From Negaprion brevirostris (Eukaryota): a stretch of DNA of 64,000 nt. The stretch is taken from positions 32,130,659-32,194,658 of the forward strand of contig JARDVH010000042.1 in NCBI GenBank assembly GCA_030324005.1, written 5' to 3'. The position numbers and the translations under genes were made by a program. Position 1 is the first letter of the stretch; each line of letters opens with the position of its first letter. Shown here piece by piece: positions 24,407 through 36,760 of the stretch. Under the pieces are notes generated by a model. It searched no databases, was not told the DNA's origin, and worked only from the letters and a program-made list of their open reading frames with translations.

Positions 24407-24959
24407 AACTTGTGTTTGGTTTAAATAACTTCACAAAGTGATCATGTAAAAGTAATGTATTCTGGCAGTAATTCAAAGTTGGTTAAATAGCCTTGATCAG
24501 GGCTCTCCCAATGGCTCAATGAGTTTATCCAGTGAGACATACAGACCAGTAAAGGTCACCAGTTCAATTCCCAGAATGTAGTGAGTTAGCTGACCTCAGC
24601 TAGGGAAGTGAGTGGAGGTGTCCAGCGGTCTTGGTCTTGGTGACCTCTGCTGGAAGTGCACATACGTGAGTATCAAATATGGGCAAAAACTGGCCTTGGA
24701 TAGATTTTCTTCTTCATTGCTCAGGCTGAAGCATCGTTTGAGCGAAGCACAGAGAAAATATCAAGCAAACAGAATTACACACTGATAACAGAGCCTGTCC
24801 ATATTTACCCCCACTAAAATAAAAGGAAGGGAATTTTGATGACTTCTGTAAAAGGAGAGTAATGCTCTCCACCTGATTTTCCCAACTGTGCTCTGCCCAG
24901 GGGATGCTTATTGCCCAAGTGGCATGTCAAAAAATCTGTGTCCCTATTATCCTGAGGAG

Positions 24960-25385
24960 AAGGTTCATGGAGTTTAAAATCCATTCAGTTTTAAAATGCT
25001 CATCTTTGTTTTCATATCCTCCCCTGGCCTTTCCCCTCCCTACCTCTGTAACCTCCTCCAATGCTATCCTCCAAGATCTCTGCACTCCTTCAACTCTGCC
25101 CTTTTGCACATCCCCAATTTTAATTGCTCCAACATAGGCAGCCAGGGCTTCAACTGCCTCAGCCCTAAGCTCTGGAACTTCCTTGCTAAATCTCTTGCCT
25201 GCCTAAACCTCTTTCCTCTTTTAAGACGCTCCTTAAAAATTACCTCTTTGAACAAACTTTTGACATCCACTCTAATACCTCCTTATATGGCTCAGTGTCA
25301 AATTTTGCAGATAACACGGCAGCAAAGTGCCTGGGGATGGTTTGCTTCTTTAAATTTGCTAAGTAAATGCAAGTTGTTGTTGTTG
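24960..25385 (+). mobile_element. L2-type LINE 3' end
   Basis: LIFVF..GLSPPYLCNLLQ..PRSLHS..PKLWNFL; AAATGCAAGTTGTTGTTG tail. Confidence 0.8.
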
Positions 25386-25591
25386 TATAGTCTAAAGTGC
25401 AGATTGTTAGTGTTATATAGGTTTATGTTGGTTGGGCTGTAGCTTCTGAAGAAGACATTGCCAAACATAATTTTACACAGATGATCTGACATGTGCCAAA
25501 TAATTTCCAAATGATGAATAGGAAACTAGTCCTCTTCAAGAAATATTGGAGTAATTAATGTTAAACACGGGACAGACAATAAAAAATGTAA

Positions 25592-25610
25592 CATCCACTA
25601 GGTGTCATAA
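25592..25610 (+). promoter_or_regulatory. CTCF-like motif
   Basis: CCACTAGGTGTCA core. Confidence 0.45.
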
Positions 25611-26513
25611 TGTTAACATAGAAAATCCTCATTAGGTCTCTTTCAGTGATTTTATTGTTGGAGTTGTTTAGGAATTTTGCCAAGAAGTTCACAGGATGCT
25701 TTATCTGGATCTCTGCGAACACAAGCATTTAAGATAAAAACATGGCAAGACCTCACACAATACTGTATGGGAGTGCAAATTTACTCCTTTGTCATCTAAA
25801 AAAAATTCTCTCTGAACACTGTGAAACTCCGTGTAATGAGTTTTCTTGTAGAAGAAAGCCCCAATTCTCTTTAAAGTAAATGAAGCTGTAAATACATTTA
25901 CAAATCCACTTAATTCATTCAAGCGTTAGATTCCAAGAGGATTTGTGTAAGCTTGAGCCCAATGTTTCTCCCAGTGCAAGTGCTGTGCTGCATGACTTCA
26001 CTAAAAGGACACAGGTACATTTTAAGGTTGCAGTTACGTGCTTATTTATTACTTACACATTTATTTTTAGAAGACGAAGGAATAAGCAACAGACGGACGT
26101 GTTCAAAGCTGTTGCCTCAGCTTTATTTTTAACAGGTCAATCCACTTAAGAGCAATTTACTAAATGCCAACTTCCTCTGGAAAGCAATGGATCTGAAGTG
26201 CCAAATGCTTAGATCAAATAGCAGCAGTGGGTGGAGAAATCTTCAAAAGAGTTTGTATGTATAAGACTCAGTTTTATATTGCACTGGTTTTAATCACCCA
26301 AGGGGGTCAGAGAAAATTCCTCCAGAGTATTTGTTACTTCATTGGCCCAAGGTTTTTCTCTCTCTTTCTCAGGAGATTGTACACTTACAGGGACTTGCTG
26401 GCAGGAGGGGCAATATAGGGGGCAGTGGGAAGTATTAGTTTTCATGCTACAATCATCATGGGATGTGTGTCAGGCTAGGTTGGATCAGATAGTCTTTGCC
26501 TATCCATCCACCC

Positions 26514-27768
26514 ATGATGGCCAGAGTACTGGATGGCGGAGAATCCTCTGAGGCATTCCCAGTCACCAATGGTGTCAAACAGGGCTGTGTGCTCACACCC
26601 ACACTGTTCAGCATGATGTTTACTGCCATGCTGAATGATGCCTTCCAGGACAGTGTTGCTGGAATCAGCCTCAAGTACAGAGTGGATGGGAAGCTCTTCA
26701 ACCTGAGGAGACTTCAAGCTATTACCAAAGTGAAGGAGACTGTTCTGAGAGACTTCCTCTTTGCCAGTGACTGCGCTCTGTATACTGGCTGACAGCCGGA
26801 CATGCAAGTCAGTATGGACAAATTTTCCATGGCTTGTGACAACTTTGGACTCACCATCAGCATTAAAAAGACCGAAGTCGTGCACCAGCCTGGTCCTCAT
26901 GCACCGTACACAGAAACGATAATCACAGTCAAAGGGCAGAAACTACAGGCAGTGGACCAGTTCACTTATCTTGGCAACACCCTCTCCCAAGCAGTGACTA
27001 TTGATGCAGAAGTTAACTACAGAATAGCAAAGGCAATGTCTGCTTTTGGTAGACTGCGCTCCACTGTATGGGAACGCCGAGGAATCAGCCCAGCAACAAA
27101 ACTGAAGGTCTGCAGCGCCACGGTACTCACTACCCTCCTGTATGGCTGTGAAACATGGACTGTGTATCGAAGGCATGCAAGACAGCTCAATCATTTCCAC
27201 ATGACTTGTCTTCACAGAATATTATGCATCAGATGGCAAGACAAAAGTACCAGACACTGAAGTTCTCTCTAGCATGCCTACCATCAGTCCACACATTGCT
27301 GATGAGAGCACAGACCCGGTGGGCAGGTCATGTCAGCCATATGTCAGACTGGCGCATACCCAAGCAGCTCCTTTTTGGAGAACTCTCTGCTGGAAGTCAC
27401 TTGCATGGAGGGCAGACGAAACATTTCAAAGACACGCTCAAGGCCTCCCTGAAGCTGCTTGACATTGACATGACCACCTGGGAAACGCTGACACCAAACC
27501 ACCCGACCTGGCACTGCCTCATCCACAAAGGCTGTCAAGCTTACGAAGCAAGATGTATTGCTGAAGCACAACTTAAGCGCGAGCTCCGTAAGTCCAGAGC
27601 TACCAGCGCAACAACTACAGTGCCTACACAAGTCTATCCAATATGTGCCAAGACATTCCATGCCCGAATTGGCCTGATCAGTCATCTTAGGACACACCAC
27701 AACCAGCCTCAAAATGGCAAATAGTGTTGAGGTCCTCATCAATGACGATGGACGAACAACTCAACTCA
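26514..27768 (+). mobile_element. RTE-clade LINE, 5'-truncated, weakly decayed (RT C-terminal half, C2H2-like finger, tail)
   Basis: FPVTNGVKQGCVLTPTLF, RDFLFASDCAL, FTYLGNTLS, LLYGCETW, RWAGHV..RIPKQLLFGEL, PICAKTFHARIGLISHLRTH; tail GATGGACGAACAACTCAACTC. Confidence 0.95.
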
Positions 27769-28553
27769 TAGTTATGATCCCGCCATCACTGGCTCCAGGC
27801 TTCAGCCTGGCATCCATTTTTACCCTTCCTAAACTCTGCCCATCTCCCGTAGTTCTCAGATTCTCCAACATGCTACTCTCATTTCCACCAAACCCCACAA
27901 ACTTCTTCCTACAGTTGCTGTCACTAAAAACCTTCTTCTAATACTCGCAGCAAATAGCTTTCTCTCCTTGAGCCCTCATTTGTTTTTACATCCCAAGAAT
28001 CTTCTAATGACTGCTATGTCCTAGGACCTCATGTCCCCCACACCTGCAACTCCACAACTCCCTCTCATTACAGCCAAGAATTTCTTTCTTATTCCAGCTT
28101 CTCAAATCTTTCTTTTCTCAAACATGGACTAACCATTCAACATTACCAAGACACATTATTCTTTCTACCTCGCCCCAGTACTTAAATATGCTTACTTGTT
28201 TGTAACCAAGAACATTTTCCCACTATTTCTTTGTGGGTGTTCGATCAGTTTTTTTAAAAGTTGACAAGTAAAATTGAATACAAGAAAAGACATATTTAAT
28301 TTTCACAAGTAGAAGAGAGATATGTTGAACATAAAAGTAATACAATATGCTTTTACTTAAAATTATTTAGATCAAATGTGATGATTCGTATGCTTTTGGG
28401 GGAAAAAGAACCTATGTTTTGTGTTGAGATGATGGTCCCTTTAAGAACTAGGTTTCTCTGGAAGTTTCTTGTATAAGTTAACTAGTAGGTCAGTATGTGA
28501 TAAACCATTGGGAGATTAATCTTAAAAATGAGTAAACAAGAATTCTGGGTGTG

Positions 28554-28605
28554 GTTCTGTTTTCAAGCAGAGTTCTGTTTTCAAGCAGAGTTCTGTTTCA
28601 AACAA
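28554..28605. repeat. 18-bp tandem repeat x3 in an unclassified, possibly LTR-like segment
   Basis: GTTCTGTTTTCAAGCAGA twice plus a degenerate third copy. Confidence 0.85.
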
Positions 28606-29509
28606 GCTGACTGCAGGGAACATTTCTTACTAGCAGAATTCAGTTGAAATTCTGTGTGCTCGTTTAAACTTTTGGTAACTGAAGGGTTCTCCAATAGTCA
28701 GTTGAACGTTGGCTACGATCCAAGCCCAAGATCAGGTGCAATGCCTTTTCTTGTCCGCTTTGATCTTGTAAGTCTCTTGTGGGGAACATGAACTGGATTC
28801 AATTTGAATTTGAATTGGCTTTTGGAGCAGGGAAGAAGGTGGATTAAGGGCTTGCCCCCTCCCATTTGCAATTTTGCTTTGTTTTTATATCTTTTTTTAA
28901 ATTTACAATCTGGGATAGCTAAGCTGAGAAGACTTTGTGGGAGAGTGTTTCGAGAGTCAAGNNNNNNNNNNNNNNNNNNNNNNNNNNNNNNNNNNNNNNN
29001 NNNNNNNNNNNNNNNNNNNNNNNNNNNNNNNNNNNNNNNNNNNNNNNNNNNNNNNNNNNNNCATGTTCAATACACTATCCAGAAAATGGGGCCATACTGT
29101 CTGGGGCATGTTTAGGAGATGCCATTGACCTCACGAACATGAGGGATCAGACCCATGAAGGGCAGGGAGATGGCGACATTGGAGGGAACAGGGAGGAGAA
29201 CAGAAATGTCAACATCGGTAACAATAGGGTCAAGGATAACAGAAGGGAGGCTGGATGCTCTCAGGAGGGAGAGGAATTAGGGAGTGGTGATTATGGAGGA
29301 GGATGGGAGGAGCTTGATGGGTGACAGAGGGAGGTTGGAAGGTGTTGGAAGCAATCACAAACTGAAGACGAACCATCTTCCACTTTCTAAAATAATGACG
29401 CAGTTCAAAAAGTATTCAGATAAAAATGATATGAGAGGAGTCTCAAAGCAGAGAGTTTATCATTCTTTTTGAAGGAGCACCCTAATAACTATTTGCTGTA
29501 TGTGACCTA

Positions 29510-29860
29510 ATAGAAGTGTATAAGATGTTGAGAGGTATTGATCGGGTGGATTCTCAGAGGCTTTTTCCCAGGGCTAAAATGGCTGCCACATGAGGACACA
29601 GGTTTAGGGTGCTGGGGAGTAGGTACAGAGGAGATGTCAGGGATAAGTTCTTCACTGAGGGTGGTGGGTGCATGGAATCGGCTGCCGGCAGTAGTGGTGG
29701 AGGTGGATTCGATACGGTCTTTTAAGAGACTTTTGGATGAGTACATGGGACCTGGTAAGATAGAGGGTTATAGGTAAGCCTAGTAGGTAGGAATACATTT
29801 AGAGCAACTTGTGGGCCGAAGGGCCTGTTTGTGCTGTAGTTTTTCTATGTTCTATGTTCG
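29510..29860 (+). mobile_element. CR1 LINE 3' end
   Basis: RVVGAWNRLPAVVVEVDSIRSFKRLLDEYM; (TTCTATG)n tail. Confidence 0.9.
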
Positions 29861-30096
29861 NNNNNNNNNNNNNNNNNNNNNNNNNNNNNNGAAGTTGAAA
29901 TGCCCATTGAAGGAATATATCTCCACGACTAATGGAGCACATTCCTGCGAGACTCCATTAAAATTTGGAGGTGAAGTTGTGTAGGTGTGATTGGCTTGTA
30001 CCTGACAGTGGCACAAAGGAAGGGATGCAGGTGAATACATTCAATGTACACGGCAGCTGGGCAGAAGCTAGATGCACACTTCAAACATCCAAGGCA

Positions 30097-30612
30097 TAAG
30101 AACAAAGAACAGTACAGCACAGGAATAGGCCCTCAGCCCACCAAATCTGCATTGATACGTGGTTTCTATTGCTCTGTTCGTCTCCCGTTCATGTGTCTAT
30201 CAAGATATATCTTGAATGTTGCTAACATGCCAGCTTCCACCATCTCTACTGGCAGTGTGTTCCAGGAACCCACCACCCCCTGTGTGAAAAACTTTTCCCG
30301 GACATCTCCCCTTAACATTTCCCCTCTCTCCTTGAACCTGTAACCTCTTGTAGTTGACCCTTCCACCCTGGAAAGAGGCCTCTAGAACTATCCATCCTCT
30401 CTATGCCTCTCAAAAAGTGTAGACTTCTATCAGGGCGTCCTTCAGTCTCCATCTTTCCAGTGAAAACAATCTGAGTTTATCCAACCTCTCCTCATATTTA
30501 AAACCCTCCAGGCCAGGCAAACATCCTGGTAAACCTTTTTTGCACCCTCTCCTTCTGTTAGGGTGGTGACCAGAACTGCATGCAATATGCCAAATGCAGC
30601 CTTACTCAACAC
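30097..30612 (-). mobile_element. CR1 LINE 3' fragment
   Basis: TRGYRFKERG..DVREKFFTQGVVGSWNTLP..FKIYLDRHM. Confidence 0.9.
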
Positions 30613-30614
30613 AT

Positions 30615-30810
30615 TGTGTATCAGGATCATTATCTGCTGCTCCTCACAACCTATCATTGTGAAGGAGGTGGGGGGGAATGTTTTGCCTAGGAGAGAAATG
30701 GAGGAATCAGATCTCTGGTCCAATAAGGATGATGTAGAAGGTGATGGATCTGACAAGGTTCAGGATGTAGATGAGCCAAATGAAAAGACTATCACAGGTG
30801 GATGATGCAG
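30615..30810 (+). pseudogene. Harbinger transposase C-terminal relic
   Basis: VSRIIICC then, after a frameshift, HNLSL followed by an acidic tail (EMEESD..DDVEGDGSD), resembling the family motif IIxxCCxLHN plus acidic end. Confidence 0.6.
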
Positions 30811-30849
30811 CAGATTCCAGGAGGTGTAATATTGAGCTGAGACATTCTC

Positions 30850-31035
30850 ACAATTGTTTGTTTTTCCTCGCATTTGCGCTAACCACCCAGCAGCTCTCCT
30901 CCCAGGCCACCCTGGTCAGATGAGAGGGCATACTGCTCCCACCCTGGGAAAACAGTACCCCCTGCCTTTCCTGGGCAGCCTGGAGGGGATTCTCTGTGGA
31001 GGCATCACTGAACCATGAGGACCAAATGTTCCTTT
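30850..31035 (-). pseudogene. Harbinger Myb/SANT-like DNA-binding protein relic
   Basis: WFSDASTENPLQAAQERQGVLFSQGG..PSHLTRVAWEE...VSANA resembles the FSDxxLExLLxxxxxRxxVLF...AWxEVAxxVS pattern. Confidence 0.7.
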
Positions 31036-31124
31036 CTTCTTCTGGATATCTTGGATTCAACACAATCATGAGCTTCTCACCTGCAGTGGGTCTCCCAGAC
31101 AAGACAAGACAGCTCCTCCTTTCA

Positions 31125-31412
31125 CGTCACAGCACCAGGGACCTGGTTCAATTCCAGCCTCGGGTGACTTGTCTGTATAGAGTTTGCACATTCACCTTGT
31201 GCCTGCGTGAGTTTCTTCTGAGTGCTCTGGTTTCCTCCCACACTCCAAAGATGTGCGGGTTAGGTTGATTGGCCATGTTAAATTGTCCCTAAGTGACATG
31301 GAGACTAGTAGGGTAAATATGTGAGATAACAGGGATAAAGGCCTGGGGGCGGGATTGTTGCTGGTGCGGGCTCGATGGGCCTCCTTCTGCACTGTAGAGA
31401 TTCTATGATTCT
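31125..31412 (+). mobile_element. HE1-type SINE (5' truncated)
   Basis: B box, V-domain and TTCTATGATTCTA tail. Confidence 0.88.
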
Positions 31413-32962
31413 AAATTGAAGTACTGTTGTTCTCCATCTTCCACTGGACAACTTTATTAAATGGAATCAGATTCACCTCTAATAATGTTCATTTTTTAAT
31501 TCCCAAATATTATTATTGGAGAGCAGGAAACATGGTAGATGGTAGGTGGGCAGAGGAGCAAATTAATAAAACCCAGTTCATAAACACAGCAACAGAAGAC
31601 ATGTTCTAGCAGATTTGCAAAGATGGCAACTTCCTTAGGAGTCTGTCTGTAAGGGGAATTTAACTGATGTTTTCAAGGTGTTAAGACGAATTAGTAGGAT
31701 GATAGCTATTTAGCCTAAAATTAGTGCCACGCTTTACAGAAGTGAAGTTCGGAAAACCTTCTACAAAGATGGACTCTGTGTCAATGATATTATTACATTG
31801 ATATCATTGCTATCACAAAGACATGGTTGAGGGAGGGACAGGACTGGCAGGTCAATATTCTGGGCTATAGAATCTTCAGGTGAGACATGGGGTGGTTCTT
31901 GTTGTAAAAGAGANNNNNNNNNNNNNNNNNNNNNNNNNNNNGGAGGGAGTGGCATCTTAGCAGGTTCCTCAATTGAGGCCAAATGGGTGAAACATAAAAA
32001 CCAAAAGGGGATACTCATGCTGAATGCAGTGTACTATTGGCCCCTAAACAATCAGACAGAGATCGAACAGCAGATATGTAGGCAAATCTCACTGAAGTGT
32101 AAAAACAATAGGATAATAATAGTAAGAGATTTCAACTTCCCCAATATTAATTAAGATAGGCAAATTATTAGGATAGGCCTTTCTGGGGTGGAATTCTTAA
32201 AATACATCCAGGAGAGCTTTTTGAGCCAACATATAGAAAGTCCTACAAGAGAGGTGCAGTACCAGACCTAATTTCAGGGAATGAAGCTGGTAGAGGTGTC
32301 AGTGGGGGAGCGTTTCCGTGATAGTGAGCATAACTCAAAAAGATTTAAGGTAATTATGGAAAAGGACAAAGGTAAACTGGATATAAGGTTCGGAATTTTG
32401 GAAGGTCAATTTTAATAAAATAAGACAGAATCTGGTCAAAGTGGACTGGGAGCAGTTACTTGTAAGAACATTCACATCAGAGCAGTGGCAGTCTTTCAAG
32501 AAGGAAATAGAGTATAAGGTCAACATGTTCCCATGAAGTTAAAGGTTGGACCAAATATTCCAGAGAACCCTGCATGACAAGGGATATACAGCACTGGACA
32601 AGGTAAAAAAAGGAAGACTTATGGCAGATTAGGGGCACAAAAAACAATGTATGCCCCAGAGGAGTAAAAGAAGTGCAGGGGGATATTTAAAAAAGTAAAT
32701 TAGGAAAGTGAAGAGCAAGAATGAACAAACACTGGCAGGCAAAATAAAGGATAATTGCAAGTGTAAGTTTATTAAGGGCATGAGGGTAACTAGGGGCTAC
32801 TAGGGACAAAATGGCAATCTGTGAGTGGAGCCAGAAAATGTAGGTATTAAATGAATATTTTGCATTTGTGTTCACTATGTCAAACTACAATGTAGGTTTA
32901 GAGCGCAGGGTGAGGGACTGTGATATCATTGAACAACTTAGCATTGAGAGGGAAGGAGCATT

Positions 32963-33216
32963 AAAAGCAAGTTACTGCAGATGCTGGAATCTGAAACCAA
33001 AAGACAAAACACTGGAAAATCTTAGCAGGTATGGTAGAACCTGTAAGGAGAAAAGAGCTGACGTTTTGAGTCCAGATGACCTTCTGTCAAATAAGTATCT
33101 CCCACTTCCTATGCCTTTTAGCTTTGACAAAGGGCACCTGGACTCGAAACATGAGCTCTTTTCCCTCTTTACAGATGCTGCCAGGCCTGCTGAATTTTCC
33201 AGCATTTTCTCTTTTG
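32963..33216. mobile_element. Fold-back mini-element of two inverted Penelope terminal repeats
   Basis: Arms 32999-33091 and 33123-33215 are diverged reverse complements; the right arm matches the Penelope end at 62020-62105. Confidence 0.8.
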
Positions 33217-33520
33217 GAGGGAGGAAGTGTTAGTGGTTTTAGCAGGATTAAAAGCGCATAAATCCCCAGGCCCAAATAAAATATATCATAGGCTGCTGTG
33301 TGAGGCAAGAGAGGAGATTGCAAGGATTCAGGTGCTAATTTTCAAATCCTCTTTGGTCACAGGAGAGGTGCCAGAGGACTGGAGGACAATTCATGTGATA
33401 CCATTATTCAAGAAGGGAAATAGGGAAAAAGCAGGAATTACAGGAAAGTGAGTCTAACATCAGTGGTAGGGAAATTATTGGAAAAAATTCTGAGGAACAG
33501 AAGTAATCTCCACTTGGAGA

Positions 33521-33600
33521 CCATGATGTGGAGATGCTGGCTTGAACTGGGGTAGGCACAGTAAGAAGATTTTAACCTGGTATTGTGAGATTTCTTATTG
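33521..33600. mobile_element. 80-bp insertion with 12-bp TSD, probably a Penelope-type terminus
   Basis: TCCACTTGGAGA at 33509-33520 and 33601-33612; internal inverted ACAGTAAGAA / TTCTTATTGT. Confidence 0.7.
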
Positions 33601-35589
33601 TCCACTTGGAGAGCCAAGGATTAATCAAGGATTGTCAACACAGTTTTGTCAGAGGGAGATCATACCTAACAAATTTGACTGAAGTTTTCAAGGAGAAGAT
33701 TCAGTGTGTAGATTAAGGAAATGCAACTGAAGTTCAATAAGGCTTTTGACTGGTTAAGAAAGTAAAACACATGGGATCCAAGGCAATTTGCAAATTGAAT
33801 CCAAATTGGCTTAGTGGCAGGAGGTAGAGGGTAATGGTCAAAGGTTGTTTCTGTGATTGAAAGTCTGTGTTCAGTGGTGTTGCATAGAATATAAGTGCAG
33901 GGAAATTATGGTGGAGCTGTATAAAATGTTTGTTAGGCCACAGCTATAATACTGTGTGCAGTTGTAGCTGCCACACTATAAGAAGGACGTGATTGCACCA
34001 GAAAGGGTGCAAAGGAGATTCACTAGGATGTTGCTTGGGCTGCAGCATTTCAGCTATGATAAGAGGCTGGTTAGACTGGGTTTGGTTTCCTTAGAGCAGA
34101 GAAGGCTGAAGGGGAGACCTGACTGAGGTATGCAAAATTATGAGAGACATAGGTAGGATAGGTAGGAAAAAACTTTACCCCTTAGTAGAGGGGTCAGTAA
34201 CCAAATGGCATAGACATAACGTAAGGGGCAGAAGATTTAGAGGGGTCTTGAGGAAAAACTTGTTCACCCAGAGGGTGCTGGGAGTCTTGAACTCACTGCT
34301 TAAAAGAATGGAAGAGGCAGGAACCCTCACAACATTTAAGCATTTGAATGAGCACTTGAAATGCAATAGCGTACAAGACCATGGACCAAGTGCTGGAAAA
34401 AGGAATTTAGAATAGGAACATGGAAAGTGCCCTTTGAGCCTGCTCTGCCATTTGTTTTGATCATGGCTGGTCATCAAAATCAATATCCTGATCCCACTTT
34501 CGCCCCATATTTCTTGTCCCATTAACCCCAAAAGCTCTATCTAATAAATAGATGTAGGCGTGATGGGCCATAGGGCTTCTTTCTTTGCTATACAACTCTA
34601 TTAATGCTATGACTTTAATTGTTAATTTTAACTGAGATTGATACATTTCTGTCAACAATAGATACAAGAGATGTGGAATTAGTTCACAGATCACCATGAT
34701 CTCACTGATTGGAAGAACAGGCTCAAGAGACTAAATGACCTCCCTCTTTCCTAATGTTTTTTTGCTCCTAAGAAGTTATTCCTGGGATTTCATATTGACC
34801 TTTTCAATATGTACCTATGTCACAATTGAATAGCCATCTATAGGCATTTTCCTTGGCCTGCCCAGACCACCTCACTTGGTGCTTGATCAACAAGGCCTCT
34901 ATTGCAGACAAGCTGACATAATGACAACAATCTAATCATTGATTGACATCTTGCCTACCATTTGCTGTTCATAATGGAGTAGTAGCTGTAGAGGTGGAAG
35001 CTGTCAAGGCTTTTGATGTGGCACATATGTACTCTTCAAGTATTCTGAGTAGAGAAAATAGAACCACTTCCTCATTACACTTTGGGAATGGTTTTGATTT
35101 TTAGTCCACACATGCTTCCTCAGGCAGGAAGAAACATTTTGTTTTCCTGAAATACATCTGACAGCAAGATGTTGCATAGGAAGGTGAACTGTTGGACTGA
35201 ACTCAGCACTGTAATTTCAATGAATAGGGATGGTGTTATATACAGTGAACCAGAGCATAACCTCTAGTTCCTGCAAATTGAGGAATTGATTGTAAGCTTT
35301 GGCTGCAAATATAGATGTCTAATAGTGGCCTTGTGGTCTTCTGATATCAGCTATGATTGAATGGCAGAGCAAACTCAGTGGGCTGAAAGCCTAATTCTGC
35401 TCCTATATCTTATAGCCTTGTCTTATGATACACAAATCAACAGGGATCGCCATCAATGTCTTGGAACTCAAGCATGAAAACTTGGTTTGGATCTTTACTT
35501 GTTGTTTACACCACTGCATGCACACTCTTTGCAGGCAGCCCTTCAGTTTGGCAAGAACAAGAAGCCAAACAAGGTAAGTGAGAGGCATT

Positions 35590-36760
35590 AGAATCATCGA
35601 ACTTCACAATATATTGTGGCTGTGCCAGATGTTTATCCACTTCCCCTTTAAAAGCTGTAATCGACTTTACTGCCACCAATGCTTCTGGCAAATTTTCCCT
35701 GCTCTATTAATTATTTATGAAAGGAACAGTTCTTCTAAGTTCTCCCTTTATTTTTTTGATGATGATCTTAAACTAATGCTTTTCAGTTATTAACTGATGG
35801 GAACAGCTTTTCTGATTTACTTTACCAGAATTTCTCAATTTGAAACACCTTTATCGGGTTTCTTCCATCTTTTTTGTTCTAATTGAAAATATTCCCAGTT
35901 TCTCTTGTTTCTCCTCATTCTCCTCTGAAACCTGTACCACCATTTAGTTAGATCCTGACTGATCTGTAACTCAACTTTGCTCCATATAATTTCAAACAAC
36001 AAGAAATTACCTACTTCAGTATTGAAAGTGTCAATGATCCTAGTCTCCACAGTCTTTGGGAAGAGAATCCCAGATTTCCATTACTCTTTGCATGATAATG
36101 CATTTTCTGATTTTACTCTTAAATGGCCCTAGCTGTAACTTTTAAGATTGTGCGCTGTCATTCTTGATTTTCCCCACCAGAGGAAACAACTTCTCTGTCT
36201 ACACTCGATCGAATCCTTTCATGATTTCCAAATGCTCAGGTAAATCATCCTTCAAGCTTCTAATCTCAGATGAGAACAACCCAAGTTTGTGCGCCCAGAT
36301 CTCATCATTTACCTCTCTAAGCACAGATATTATTTTGGTGAATCTTCAATGTAACCGCTACAAGACCAATCCATTCTTTCTGAGGTCCAGTGTCAAATAT
36401 TGAACACAGTAGTCCAGATAACTTTTGACCAATGCTCTGTGCAACTGAAACATTATCTCCCATGCTTTGTACTTGTACTCCAATTTTGTTGAGGCAGAGA
36501 CCAATGTTCCATTAATCGTTTTGTCCCATACATGAGGATTTGGTGATTTGCGCAAATAGACACCCATATCCATTTGCTCCTCTACAGTTTCTAGCATCTC
36601 ACCATTAAGAAAATATTCTTCTGTATCTTTCATGCCTCAAAATAAATTCTCACATTAAACTCCACAGGGTTTATTTTCCCACTCACCAAACCTGTCTTTA
36701 TCCTTTTGTAACTTTCTGTTCCCATCTACAGAATTTACTCAGCACTTAGGGTCATTGTTA
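35590..36760 (-). mobile_element. Several old CR1 fragments
   Basis: PEALVAVKSITAFKGEVDKHL; YFLNGEMLETVEEQMDMGV..LHRALVKSYLDYCVQY. Confidence 0.8.

Larger units (their letters stand above)
31942..34412 (+). mobile_element. Long decayed CR1 LINE (endonuclease + RT, internal deletion, two nested insertions)
   Basis: IVRDFNFPNIN endonuclease motif, KSPGPNKIYHRLL..EVPEDWRT..PLFKKG RT start, C-terminus RKNLFTQRVLGVLNSL. Confidence 0.9.
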
